Assembly (NCBI GenBank): GCA_963802935.1
Contig: CAWDKO010000009.1
Span: 45,297 to 109,296, forward strand
Reading direction: 5' to 3'
Length of the DNA: 64,000 nt
DNA from: an uncultured Solirubrobacterales bacterium
GTDB taxonomy: Bacteria; Actinomycetota; Thermoleophilia; Solirubrobacterales; 70-9
Shown here piece by piece: positions 20,001 to 26,641 of this stretch; the first letter of the stretch is position 1, and each line of letters opens with the position of its first letter. The translations under genes and the position numbers were made by a program. The notes under the pieces are model-generated. The model searched no databases. It saw only the letters and a program-made list of their open reading frames with translations, and was not told the origin of the DNA.

Positions 20001-20493
20001 TCCCAAGGGCGCGGACACCACCACGGGCTGGGGCCCGGTCAACGCCTTCTCGACCATCAACGGGGCTTACTTCAACACGTCAGTCTCCGCCGGCGGCCTG
20101 GGCTCTGCCGTGGTCGCGACCATGGCCGTCAACCCGGGCTTGACCGAACGCCACTTCTCGCTCTGGCTGAACATGTCGACCCCCGGCGGCACCAAAGCCG
20201 GCTATGAGCTGCGCTTCCAGAACACTGCTGCGAACGCCTACGAAGTCCGACTCCTCAAGTGGGTCGGCGCCAGCGAAGCCCAGCTCGCGTCCAAAACCGG
20301 CTATTCCTTCTCCAACGGCAGCTCGTTCGCGCTCGTCGACCAGGGGGCCACTGTCTCGGCCTGGACCGACACCGGCTCTGGCTTCGCCCAACAGCTGAGC
20401 GCTGCCGACTCGGCGTTCTCGAGCGGATATGCAGGGCTCCAGGGCGCCGGGAGCACCACGCGCCTGAGGAACTTCAAGGCGGGGGGGATTTAG
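17038..20493 (+). CDS. paralogous secreted S1 protease, 8-blade propeller, Fn3-like, ConA/LamG-like protein
   Basis: ATG 17038 after GAGAGGG; signal peptide VVGLVALVVSLPSLFSSAAALA; triad LTAGHC / DDWAKI / GDSGGPW; diverged protease half; C-terminal 690 aa nearly identical to the upstream gene. Confidence 0.8.
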   Translation: MKRAPNNVGSSRYRTTVVGLVALVVSLPSLFSSAAALASPRAFDVGDLDVRRAEVREYKREFGVSELHAEESLETQQTGLDMNLVAQLESLLGADYAGVWFDNATGDFVIPVTPGADRDAVVQSLFAAGLSGHFRFTPAQASWRQLQSTQNQINASLGEQLRHGTVETSLDPQTNAVLVKTADDIGSAGAARAQNLARGFQGEVELREGTARALSGQLEGCNDVFCGPSLRGGVQIFGSNAKNSEDSCTAGFRAVSPTGNRYLLTAGHCVVEIGEVEPATTTWYSKNDSLQTWKIGDVEQAVSPIDDWAKISVNGSEWDKGQSANEIVYYGEPIFDANGKMIGKSPTVDSNYAITGESSSVKGTFVCHSGIMTGTTCGQVTAVGVSHTWAGNWTINNLNEAVGVCSIPGDSGGPWFSGHIALGMHTGSVVESKTCSGARFYTDITRATSALGVSIASTAFPTPSEGEEDYSPGPRSTVDPTNNSVNVFYRTPSGSLGHRWHAPWESGWGSETLAGSVASEPHAIVDRDGGINVFYRTPSGTLGHNWWEAGGTGWGSESLGGSLAANAEPHAIVDSNKVVNVFYRTPSGSLGHRWHAPWESGWGSETLAGSVASEPHAIVDKDGGINVFYRTPSGTLGHNWWEAGGTGWGSESLGGSLAANAEPHAIVEPNNSVHVFYRTASGSLGHRWHAPWESGWGSETLAGSLDSSAEPHAIVDKNGGVNVFYRTPSGTLGHNWWEVGNNVWGSEDLGGSLASEPHAIVDPTNNSVNVFYRTPSGSLGHRWHAPWESGWGSETLAGSLSSEPHLIVDRNGGINVFYRTPSGTLGHNWWEAGGTGWGSESLGGSLAPTPPSATTGAASGVGANEAKLEGTVNPNGSPTSYYFEYGPTTSYGSKAPASAAEAGYGTAAVAVSQALSGLSPSTTYHYRLVATGPEGTATGQDKTFATKAATVASQLAALPVTEPFDGSSGSLANFGSKWSTLGWAAGGSPKGADTTTGWGPVNAFSTINGAYFNTSVSAGGLGSAVVATMAVNPGLTERHFSLWLNMSTPGGTKAGYELRFQNTAANAYEVRLLKWVGASEAQLASKTGYSFSNGSSFALVDQGATVSAWTDTGSGFAQQLSAADSAFSSGYAGLQGAGSTTRLRNFKAGGI

Positions 20494-20495
20494 GG
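18421..20495 (+). repeat. 2,075-bp direct repeat, copy 2 (3' part of the second protease gene)
   Basis: See copy 1; identity starts at ACCCCCAGCGAAGGGGAAGAGG and ends 2 nt after the stop codon. Confidence 0.9.
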
Positions 20496-20638
20496 CGACA
20501 GAGGCACTCCCCCAGCGACAAACGAGAGGCCGAGGGCTCGCTGCCGCGAGGGGTGTGGCCGAGGGGCAATGTTGGTTGGTTTGGATCGGCAGCGACCCGA
20601 GGGCCACAGGTACCAAGCAGGTACTAAGGGGGAATTTG

Positions 20639-20682
20639 GATGCCGGAGGAGGGACTCGAACCCCCGACACGCGGATTATGAT
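20639..20682 (-). repeat. att-type direct repeat: duplicated 3' half of tRNA-Met
   Basis: GATGCCGGAGGAGGGACTCGAACCCCCGACACGCGGATTATGAT is identical to 26490..26533 (tRNA nt 33-74 plus 2 flanking nt). Confidence 0.9.
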
Positions 20683-20858
20683 GCTGCCGCAGCGGTTGCC
20701 GGGGTTTGCGGCTGTCAGAGCCTTTTGGCGCTAGAGAGCCAATCCGGCGGGTCGGGCCTCTCCTCGTTTTCGGCTATTTCCGGGTGTCTCCTTGCCACCC
20801 CCTTGCCACCCTGCGCTTTTAGGGGCGAAAGCTCAAGCAATCTGAGAGTCTTCCGCCA

Positions 20859-21788
20859 ATGACGAGCAGGCTGACGATCTATTACGGGCAGATATGGCTA
20901 GAGCAGGCGACGCTGTTTTCCGAGTACCCACTTCGGGATGCCGTTGAAGGAGCGGGGCCGGTCAACCGCTACAACCACGATTGGCTGATCGGCAACCTCT
21001 CGGTCGACGAAGGGCGACAAATCCTTGTTGGGAAGCTGGGGTACCCGGAGACTGAACAGCGAACGCGAGAGGACTACGACCCCGCCGAGCAGGCATTTGT
21101 TGAGCAGAATGTGGAGGTGCCCGACGCGGCTTCGGCCGCGTTTGCGCTCAACTATGCATCGGGGGCGCTGGCGTTCGAAGGGACTGACCGCATCGGGCCA
21201 AGGGGCTTCGTCAACCATTTGGTCGCTCTTATGAGAACTGTGGACGAGGGCTTCAAAGGACAGCTAATCCGTATTGCCACCGAGTACCGCGAGTTCCTTG
21301 CGGCGGTGGACAAGGTCACCCGGGTTAGCTTTGAGGTGATCCCCACGAACCCCCGGGATCGCAACATTTTCAAACCGCTGGACGTGGGCATGAAGGCGGC
21401 GAATGCCTCTCGCGAGCGAGTGACCCTAGAGAACGATGAAGGACTCGTCATGCAGCCTCCTGATAGCCGGGACGAAACGACCGACAACCCCGCCATCATG
21501 GGAATAGAGATGAATGACGAGGGCTATGGCAAGGGCTACAAAATCGATGCCAAACGCCAAGGCCGGGACTATCGCTTCGACTCTGAGCAGGGCGGCGGCC
21601 TGCTTCGGGATGTAGTTGAGGGCGCACCAGAAGATGGCGAGTACCGGACGAGTGCGCTGGTCGAGCATCTTGAAGAGAAACGTCTCGATGAGGAAGGGAT
21701 CGGCGACCGCCAGTCTGAGACGGACGAGCCATCTGCGGAGGCGGGAGGGGACGAGCCGCCTGCTGAGGCCGCGCAGGGAGAGGGCTAG
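20859..21788 (+). CDS. hypothetical soluble protein, 309 aa, acidic C-terminal tail; no family recognised
   Basis: Long ORF within the island; stop is 3 nt before the start of the next ORF (operon). Confidence 0.6.
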   Translation: MTSRLTIYYGQIWLEQATLFSEYPLRDAVEGAGPVNRYNHDWLIGNLSVDEGRQILVGKLGYPETEQRTREDYDPAEQAFVEQNVEVPDAASAAFALNYASGALAFEGTDRIGPRGFVNHLVALMRTVDEGFKGQLIRIATEYREFLAAVDKVTRVSFEVIPTNPRDRNIFKPLDVGMKAANASRERVTLENDEGLVMQPPDSRDETTDNPAIMGIEMNDEGYGKGYKIDAKRQGRDYRFDSEQGGGLLRDVVEGAPEDGEYRTSALVEHLEEKRLDEEGIGDRQSETDEPSAEAGGDEPPAEAAQGEG

Positions 21789-21791
21789 CTT

Positions 21792-22385
21792 GTGGCGGTG
21801 ACTTCGCACCGCGACAAGGCTGTGACGCCGCCTGAGGAGGGCGGACAGGATTTCTACGAAGACACGCGCTTCTGGAAGGCGGCGCGCGCGTATGGATTGG
21901 ATCAGTTGATCCTGACCTGGGGCGTTGGAGTCGCGCTCGCGTGTGCAGCGGGCGTTCTGTTTCTTTTCCTCCACGGCGATCTGCCTACTAGCGGCGTCAA
22001 AGCTTTGGCCGTGTCCTACGTCAGCCTGGGGGCCGCGCTATTTGGCATCGTGCTTGCGGGGTTCGCCGTAGTCGCGGCGTTCTTTGACCGCGACTACGTT
22101 GCCAAGCTCCGTGAAGCTGGGACGCTAGGGGACTCGCTATTCGGTTTCTGGTGGGTGGCTGCAATAACGGTTCTAGCCGTGCTTGCCAGCGTTGGACTCA
22201 CTGTCGCCGCATTCGCAGGGGCATCGAAGCCAGTAATGGCTGTTGCGCTCGGGATCGCGACCACGCTATTCGTCGCCAGCCTGGGGGAGGCGCTGTCGCT
22301 CGTTGGCACCATCATGCGGCACGCTCTCTACCGGAGCGAGCTGGCGCGACGCGATGACATTCGCATTACGCAGCCAAAGCCATAG
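21792..22385 (+). CDS. hypothetical integral membrane protein, 197 aa, about 4 TM helices
   Basis: GTG 21792; hydrophobic segments GVGVALACAAGVLFLFL, ALAVSYVSLGAALFGIVLAGFAVVAAFF, FGFWWVAAITVLAVLASVGLTVAAFA, VMAVALGIATTLFVASLGEALSLVG. Confidence 0.6.
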   Translation: MAVTSHRDKAVTPPEEGGQDFYEDTRFWKAARAYGLDQLILTWGVGVALACAAGVLFLFLHGDLPTSGVKALAVSYVSLGAALFGIVLAGFAVVAAFFDRDYVAKLREAGTLGDSLFGFWWVAAITVLAVLASVGLTVAAFAGASKPVMAVALGIATTLFVASLGEALSLVGTIMRHALYRSELARRDDIRITQPKP

Positions 22386-22639
22386 GCCTCGGCTGCTCCA
22401 TCTCTATGGCCTCGTCCAAAAAGGCGGCGCTTCCCACGCCTGCGTCCATCAGATGGATGTAGGTCTTGAGGGTGAAGCCGGGATCGGCATGGCCTAGCCA
22501 AGCCTGAACCTGCTTCACGTTCCGGCCCGCCTCAAAAAGCAAGCTGGCGCAGGTGTGGCGGAACGTGTGGAAGGACACGGTTGACCGCGTTCTTCTCTTG
22601 CCCTTGACCTCCACCTCTACCTTGAACCCGGCCCCGATG
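22366..22639 (-). pseudogene. tyrosine recombinase/integrase, C-terminal fragment only
   Basis: FHTFRHTCASLL (HxxR box) and LGHADPGFTLKTYIH (catalytic Tyr box); reading frame runs into the IS3 end at 22640; no N-terminal part on the other side of the IS. Confidence 0.7.
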
Positions 22640-22668
22640 TGAGCCGGACCAGGTCCACGGAGACTTGT

Positions 22669-23577
22669 TTAGTTGGATCCAATCTTCATCTTGAGGGAGA
22701 TCAGTTGATCCCTCTGTCGAACGTATAGGCCCTCGAACTCAGCGGGTGAGACGTCGCCGAGGGATTCGTGCAGGCGCTCGTTGTTGAACCAGGAGACGTA
22801 TTCGACGACGGCCAGCTCCAGCTGCGAGCGAGAGCGCCAGACCCGGTCGGCGATCAGCTCGGTCTTGAAGGTGTCGACGAAGCTCTCGGCCATCGCGTTG
22901 TCATAGGCATCGCCGACGGCGCCGACCGAGGCGAGGACGCCGTGGTCGGTGAGCGTCTGGGTGTAGTCGGCCGAGGTGTATTGAGAGCCGCGGTTGGTGT
23001 GGGCCACGAGTTGGAAGTCGGCGCCGGGCTCGCGTTGGCCCAGTGCCATCCGCAGCGCGTCGAGCACCAGGTCGGTGCGCATGTGGGAGGCCAGCTGCCA
23101 GCCGACGACCTTGCGCGAGAAGGCGTCGATCACGAAGGAGAAGAACGAAGCGCCCTCCCAGGAGCGCAAGTAGGTGAAGTCCCCGACCCAGAGACGGTCG
23201 GGGCCTGGCGCTGTGAAGTCGCGCTGGACCAGGTCGGGGCGGCGCAGGGCCGAGGGGTCCGGTGTTGTCGTGCGCCAGGGGCGCCCACGGCGCTTGGCGC
23301 CTTGGATCCCGGCCTCTCGCATCAGCCGGGCCACCCGGCCGCGGCCGACCTCCTCGCCGGCGCGCTGCAGGGCGATCCACATCCGCCGGTAGCCGTAGGC
23401 GCAGTAGTTGGCCTCGTGGATCTCGGCGATCAGCTCGAGCAGGCGCTCGTCCTCGAGGGCGCGAGCGGAGCGCTTGTCCTTGGCGCGCTGGTAGTAGGCG
23501 GAGGCCGACACCTCCGGGGTCTTGCAGATCGGCTCGACCCCGAAGCGCTCGCGATGCTCCTCGATGTAGGAGCTCAC
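22669..23577 (-). CDS. IS3-family transposase OrfB (DDE integrase core)
   Basis: YGYRRM...PDRLWVGDFTYL...HTNRGSQYTS...YDNAMAESF... rve/DDE domain motifs. Confidence 0.85.
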   Translation of the reverse strand: MSSYIEEHRERFGVEPICKTPEVSASAYYQRAKDKRSARALEDERLLELIAEIHEANYCAYGYRRMWIALQRAGEEVGRGRVARLMREAGIQGAKRRGRPWRTTTPDPSALRRPDLVQRDFTAPGPDRLWVGDFTYLRSWEGASFFSFVIDAFSRKVVGWQLASHMRTDLVLDALRMALGQREPGADFQLVAHTNRGSQYTSADYTQTLTDHGVLASVGAVGDAYDNAMAESFVDTFKTELIADRVWRSRSQLELAVVEYVSWFNNERLHESLGDVSPAEFEGLYVRQRDQLISLKMKIGSN

Positions 23578-23876
23578 TTCGTTCGGCGTGGGTCGAGCTC
23601 GGCGGCGAAAAAGGCAGACGCCGACTTCAAGATGTCGTTGGCCCTGCGCAGCTCGCGCACCTCACCGCGTAGGGCCTTCAGCTCCTCGCGCTCGGAGCTG
23701 TCGAGCAGGTCCTTGCGTTTGCCCTCATCGGCTTCGGCCTGGCGCACCCACTTGCGCAGGGTCTCGGGGTGGATCCCGAGGTCGCGCGCTACGTGAGCGA
23801 TGGGGCGGCCGGAGTCGGCGACCATCCGGGCCCCGCGATCGAGCAGCTCATCGGGGTATTTCTTCTGTCGTGGCAT
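23574..23876 (-). CDS. IS3-family transposase OrfA (HTH)
   Basis: MPRQKKYPDELLDRGARMV...LRKWVRQAE...LRRANDILKSASAFFAAELD is typical IS3 OrfA. Confidence 0.8.
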   Translation of the reverse strand: MPRQKKYPDELLDRGARMVADSGRPIAHVARDLGIHPETLRKWVRQAEADEGKRKDLLDSSEREELKALRGEVRELRRANDILKSASAFFAAELDPRRTK

Positions 23877-24018
23877 GGCTTGGGAGTTCCCTTCTTCCAG
23901 GTAGGAATCCTGGTTTCTGGGTCTCCGTCAAACCTGGTCCGGCTCACCTTGCTGGCGGCTTTGCGCTTGGCGTCGTCGGGCATTCCACGGAGCCTAACCC
24001 CTGATCCCAGTCCCGAAG

Positions 24019-24642
24019 CTACAGGCCAAGCTCCTGCGCGTGGGCAAATGACTCTGCGAACTTCTTCGATCGGTGACTGAAATCAAGCTCTCCCATGGTG
24101 TTTCGATCAGTCCAGTAGTAGCCCTCCAGCTGGCCTACCGGCTCACCCGCAATGTCGAGCTTAAAGCTCCCGTGGTGCACCTCGCTACGCTCACGGACAG
24201 AGGCTCGCGGCGTGTTTCTGTACTGCGCGACCAACTGGTATTGCCCGCAGCCGTCATCCTCGATCGTTGCAGTGGTCGAGCATGACTTTGACTCTTTGGT
24301 AATCAGATTGGCGGTCACGCTCCAAAACGTCTGGCGGATGACCAAGTAGACCTCCGGGTCGGGGTCCCTGCGTTGGCCCGTCTCGGGGTTGATCCAGTTT
24401 GAGGCGAGTCGGCCACGCCAGGTGCCACGCAGGTCGGGCCGCTTACTAAGCCCGCGGCCAACTTTTGGAAGTCGCCATAGGAAGTGGTCGAAGGCGAGAA
24501 CGAGCAGACCGGCCACTGAACTGGCTGCTCCGATAGGGGCGAACAGTTCAGTGGTCGGCAGGCCGCGAGCCAGAAAGGCGATCAGATAGACGCCTGCAAC
24601 GACAAGGACAATGGCCTGAATGAAGACCCGGGACGGTCGCAT
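24019..24642 (-). CDS. CBASS effector, Cap15-like (N-terminal 2 TM plus beta-strand-rich C-terminal domain)
   Basis: ATG overlaps the cyclase stop (TGATG); two TM helices (VFIQAIVLVVAGVYLIAFLA, IGAASSVAGLLVLAFDHFLW) then GTWRGRL.S...IRQTFWSV...YRNTP...HHGSFKL...LEGYYWTDR pattern. Confidence 0.6.
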   Translation of the reverse strand: MRPSRVFIQAIVLVVAGVYLIAFLARGLPTTELFAPIGAASSVAGLLVLAFDHFLWRLPKVGRGLSKRPDLRGTWRGRLASNWINPETGQRRDPDPEVYLVIRQTFWSVTANLITKESKSCSTTATIEDDGCGQYQLVAQYRNTPRASVRERSEVHHGSFKLDIAGEPVGQLEGYYWTDRNTMGELDFSHRSKKFAESFAHAQELGL

Positions 24643-25562
24643 CACTCGAAGCCGACGTAGTTCCAGGCCTTTGAAGCGAAGTCGTGGGCGTCTTGGTAGC
24701 TCCAATTCTGGCCGCTCCAGAACAGGAACTTGATCGCATTCGCCTCAAGCCAATCGTCTGAGGTCACGCAGCCGTCGTTCAGCGTCTCGTTGAAGATGTG
24801 CGCAAGGGCGGCTCGAACGCGGGCTTTCCAAGTTGCGCCGTCGAATTTCGAGTTTGGCACGTTCCAGACTGAGGACTCGATCAAAAAGGAGGGAACCTCT
24901 TTGATGATGCCCTCGTCAACCATCTCGTTCTCCAAGCGCTTCAAGATGCGCACGACACGCTTGTAGCGACGCGAGGTTGCGTCGTTCTTTCTCGTGCCCT
25001 GTTCGAGGTGCTGCTTCGGGTAGTTAACGATGCGCTCGGCGGGATTCCGGTCGTTGTAGAGCCGGATGCCATCGTTATAGCCCGTGCGGCTGGTCCAGGT
25101 GCGCTCGGTAACACAGGGAACTACGTCGGCCGGCAGGCGGCCCGTGCTCTCTGCGACCCGAATCGCCTTGCTTCCACGGTCGACTTCCCCTGCACTGAAA
25201 TACGCGATGAGGGCGTGCTCGACGTCATCCTTGAAACCGGCCAGCGTGGCGTCGCCCTCATACGGCGTCACGCCGACATCGGCCATGGTCAGCCCCTCCG
25301 CCGCATGGATGAAGCGGTTCTTGAAGAACGTCGTCAACTCGACCGCGATGTCGACGTCGCTGTCGCGGACGACATTGGTGAAGTTGGGGTAAGACCCCTT
25401 CGCGTAGACCTCGAAGTCGTACTTGCTGAGCCGATCACTTGCTCGGAGGGCGTCTCCGATCGCGCGACAGGTGCGTCTGTACTTCTCTTCCTCGCTGTCG
25501 GAGGCTTTGCCTTTCCAACTCGTGAATCTGGCCTCCCAGTCACGGGCTACCTGCGTTGACAT
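24642..25562 (-). CDS. CBASS cGAS/DncV-like nucleotidyltransferase (CD-NTase, SMODS family)
   Basis: KGSYPNFTNVVRDSDVDIAV (GS...DxD), third acidic residue LPADVVPC, C-terminal SFLIESSVWNVP; ATG 25562 after GGAGA. Confidence 0.8.
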   Translation of the reverse strand: MSTQVARDWEARFTSWKGKASDSEEEKYRRTCRAIGDALRASDRLSKYDFEVYAKGSYPNFTNVVRDSDVDIAVELTTFFKNRFIHAAEGLTMADVGVTPYEGDATLAGFKDDVEHALIAYFSAGEVDRGSKAIRVAESTGRLPADVVPCVTERTWTSRTGYNDGIRLYNDRNPAERIVNYPKQHLEQGTRKNDATSRRYKRVVRILKRLENEMVDEGIIKEVPSFLIESSVWNVPNSKFDGATWKARVRAALAHIFNETLNDGCVTSDDWLEANAIKFLFWSGQNWSYQDAHDFASKAWNYVGFE

Positions 25563-25786
25563 TGATCTCCCTTCGCGCTTCCGCCCGTGACTGCCCATGC
25601 CTGCCAGCTGATAATTCCGCCGACACTCTTGTTAACTTTCAACTTCACGAGGTTCGCGTTGATTTCTAGGTTGGTACGCATCAGAACCTCTAAGGCTACG
25701 ATTTCTCAGCGGCGGAAAGATCACTCGTCACTGGCCGCAAATTGCGGCTTTCTCGGGGGCGTTTTGAATCGAGGTATCCTTTAGCC

Positions 25787-25978
25787 ATGGCGCACGCCAC
25801 CAAAGCCGACAATGCAGCTACCGAGCGTCAAGCAGCGATAGAGCGGACCCGAGGCATGTTCGCCCACCTGGCGCCCGGCGAAAGCTTGGCCGACGAGCTA
25901 ATCGCTGGTCGGCGCGCGGAAGCCCGCGCGGAAGATCGCGAGGCGGCCGACGAAGCCCGGCGCCTCCGTGGCAAGTAG
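25787..25978 (+). CDS. vapB: VapB-type antitoxin
   Basis: 63-aa ORF overlapping the PIN gene start; C-terminal LADELIAGRRAEARAEDRE resembles VapB tails. Confidence 0.55.
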   Translation: MAHATKADNAATERQAAIERTRGMFAHLAPGESLADELIAGRRAEARAEDREAADEARRLRGK

Positions 25979-26387
25979 CGAGACGCCGGCATCGGTCCTC
26001 GATGCCTCGGCGCTGCTTGCTCATCTCAATGAGGAGAAAGGCGCATCGGTTGTCCGGCGCGCCATGGCGGACGGCGCAGCTATCAGCATCGTCAATTGGA
26101 TAGAGGTCCTGTCGAAAATCGCCCAACGTGGCGAAGACCCTGAACTTGCCGCTGCCGAGATGAAGGGCGCCGGACTCATCGGCAGTGTCGTGACCATCGA
26201 GGCCGTGACCGAACAGGATTCGATCGAAATTGCCCGCTTGCGGCCCTTGACCAAGAAGCAAGGACTTTCACTCGCGGATCGCGCTTGCTTGGCCCTTGCA
26301 ATTCGTCTTGACGTTCCTACCGTGACCGGCGATCGGGACTGGCAGGCCCTTCCCGGGGTAGGCGTTGCGGTCAAGCTCATCCGCTGA
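25968..26387 (+). CDS. vapC: PIN-domain ribonuclease toxin
   Basis: VLDASALLA...NWIEV...SLADRACLALA...TGDRDW carry the conserved acidic PIN residues. Confidence 0.8.
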   Translation: MASSETPASVLDASALLAHLNEEKGASVVRRAMADGAAISIVNWIEVLSKIAQRGEDPELAAAEMKGAGLIGSVVTIEAVTEQDSIEIARLRPLTKKQGLSLADRACLALAIRLDVPTVTGDRDWQALPGVGVAVKLIR

Positions 26388-26491
26388 TGCGGTGGTTCTT
26401 AAGGCCAGACCCTTGCCACATTCCTTGCCACCCCCGTCAAATTGGAGGCCAGCGGAGGGCCGGATCGGCTGCATTCCGCGCTGCCAAGCGA

Positions 26492-26565
26492 TGCCGGAGG
26501 AGGGACTCGAACCCCCGACACGCGGATTATGATTCCGCTGCTCTAACCAGCTGAGCTACTCCGGC
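26492..26565 (-). tRNA. tRNA-Met (anticodon CAT; tRNA-Ile2/lysidine not excluded), 74 nt, CCA not encoded
   Basis: Hand-folded cloverleaf: GCCGGAG-TA-GCTC-AGCTGGTTA-GAGC-A-GCGGA-ATCATAA-TCCGC-GTGTC-GGGGG-TTCGAGT-CCCTC-CTCCGGC-A. Confidence 0.9.
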
Positions 26566-26641
26566 GGGGACGGGGATGGTAGCGGCCGTTGCTTGCAGGG
26601 GAAACGGCGCATCGGGCCCCGGTGGAAGCTAGGGTTGCGGC

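Larger units (their letters stand above)
22640..23946 (-). mobile_element. IS3-family insertion sequence, 1,307 bp
   Basis: Imperfect terminal inverted repeats TGAGCCGGACCAGGT... (22640) and ...ACCTGGTCCGGCTCA (23946); orfA/orfB overlap in -1 frame; no clear target-site duplication seen. Confidence 0.85.

Noticed and set aside
23789-23983. 64-aa minus-strand ORF spanning the right IS3 end, considered as the missing integrase N-terminus
   Set aside because: Only 12 codons lie outside the IS. Joining them to the integrase fragment does not restore a frame or give a full-length recombinase.
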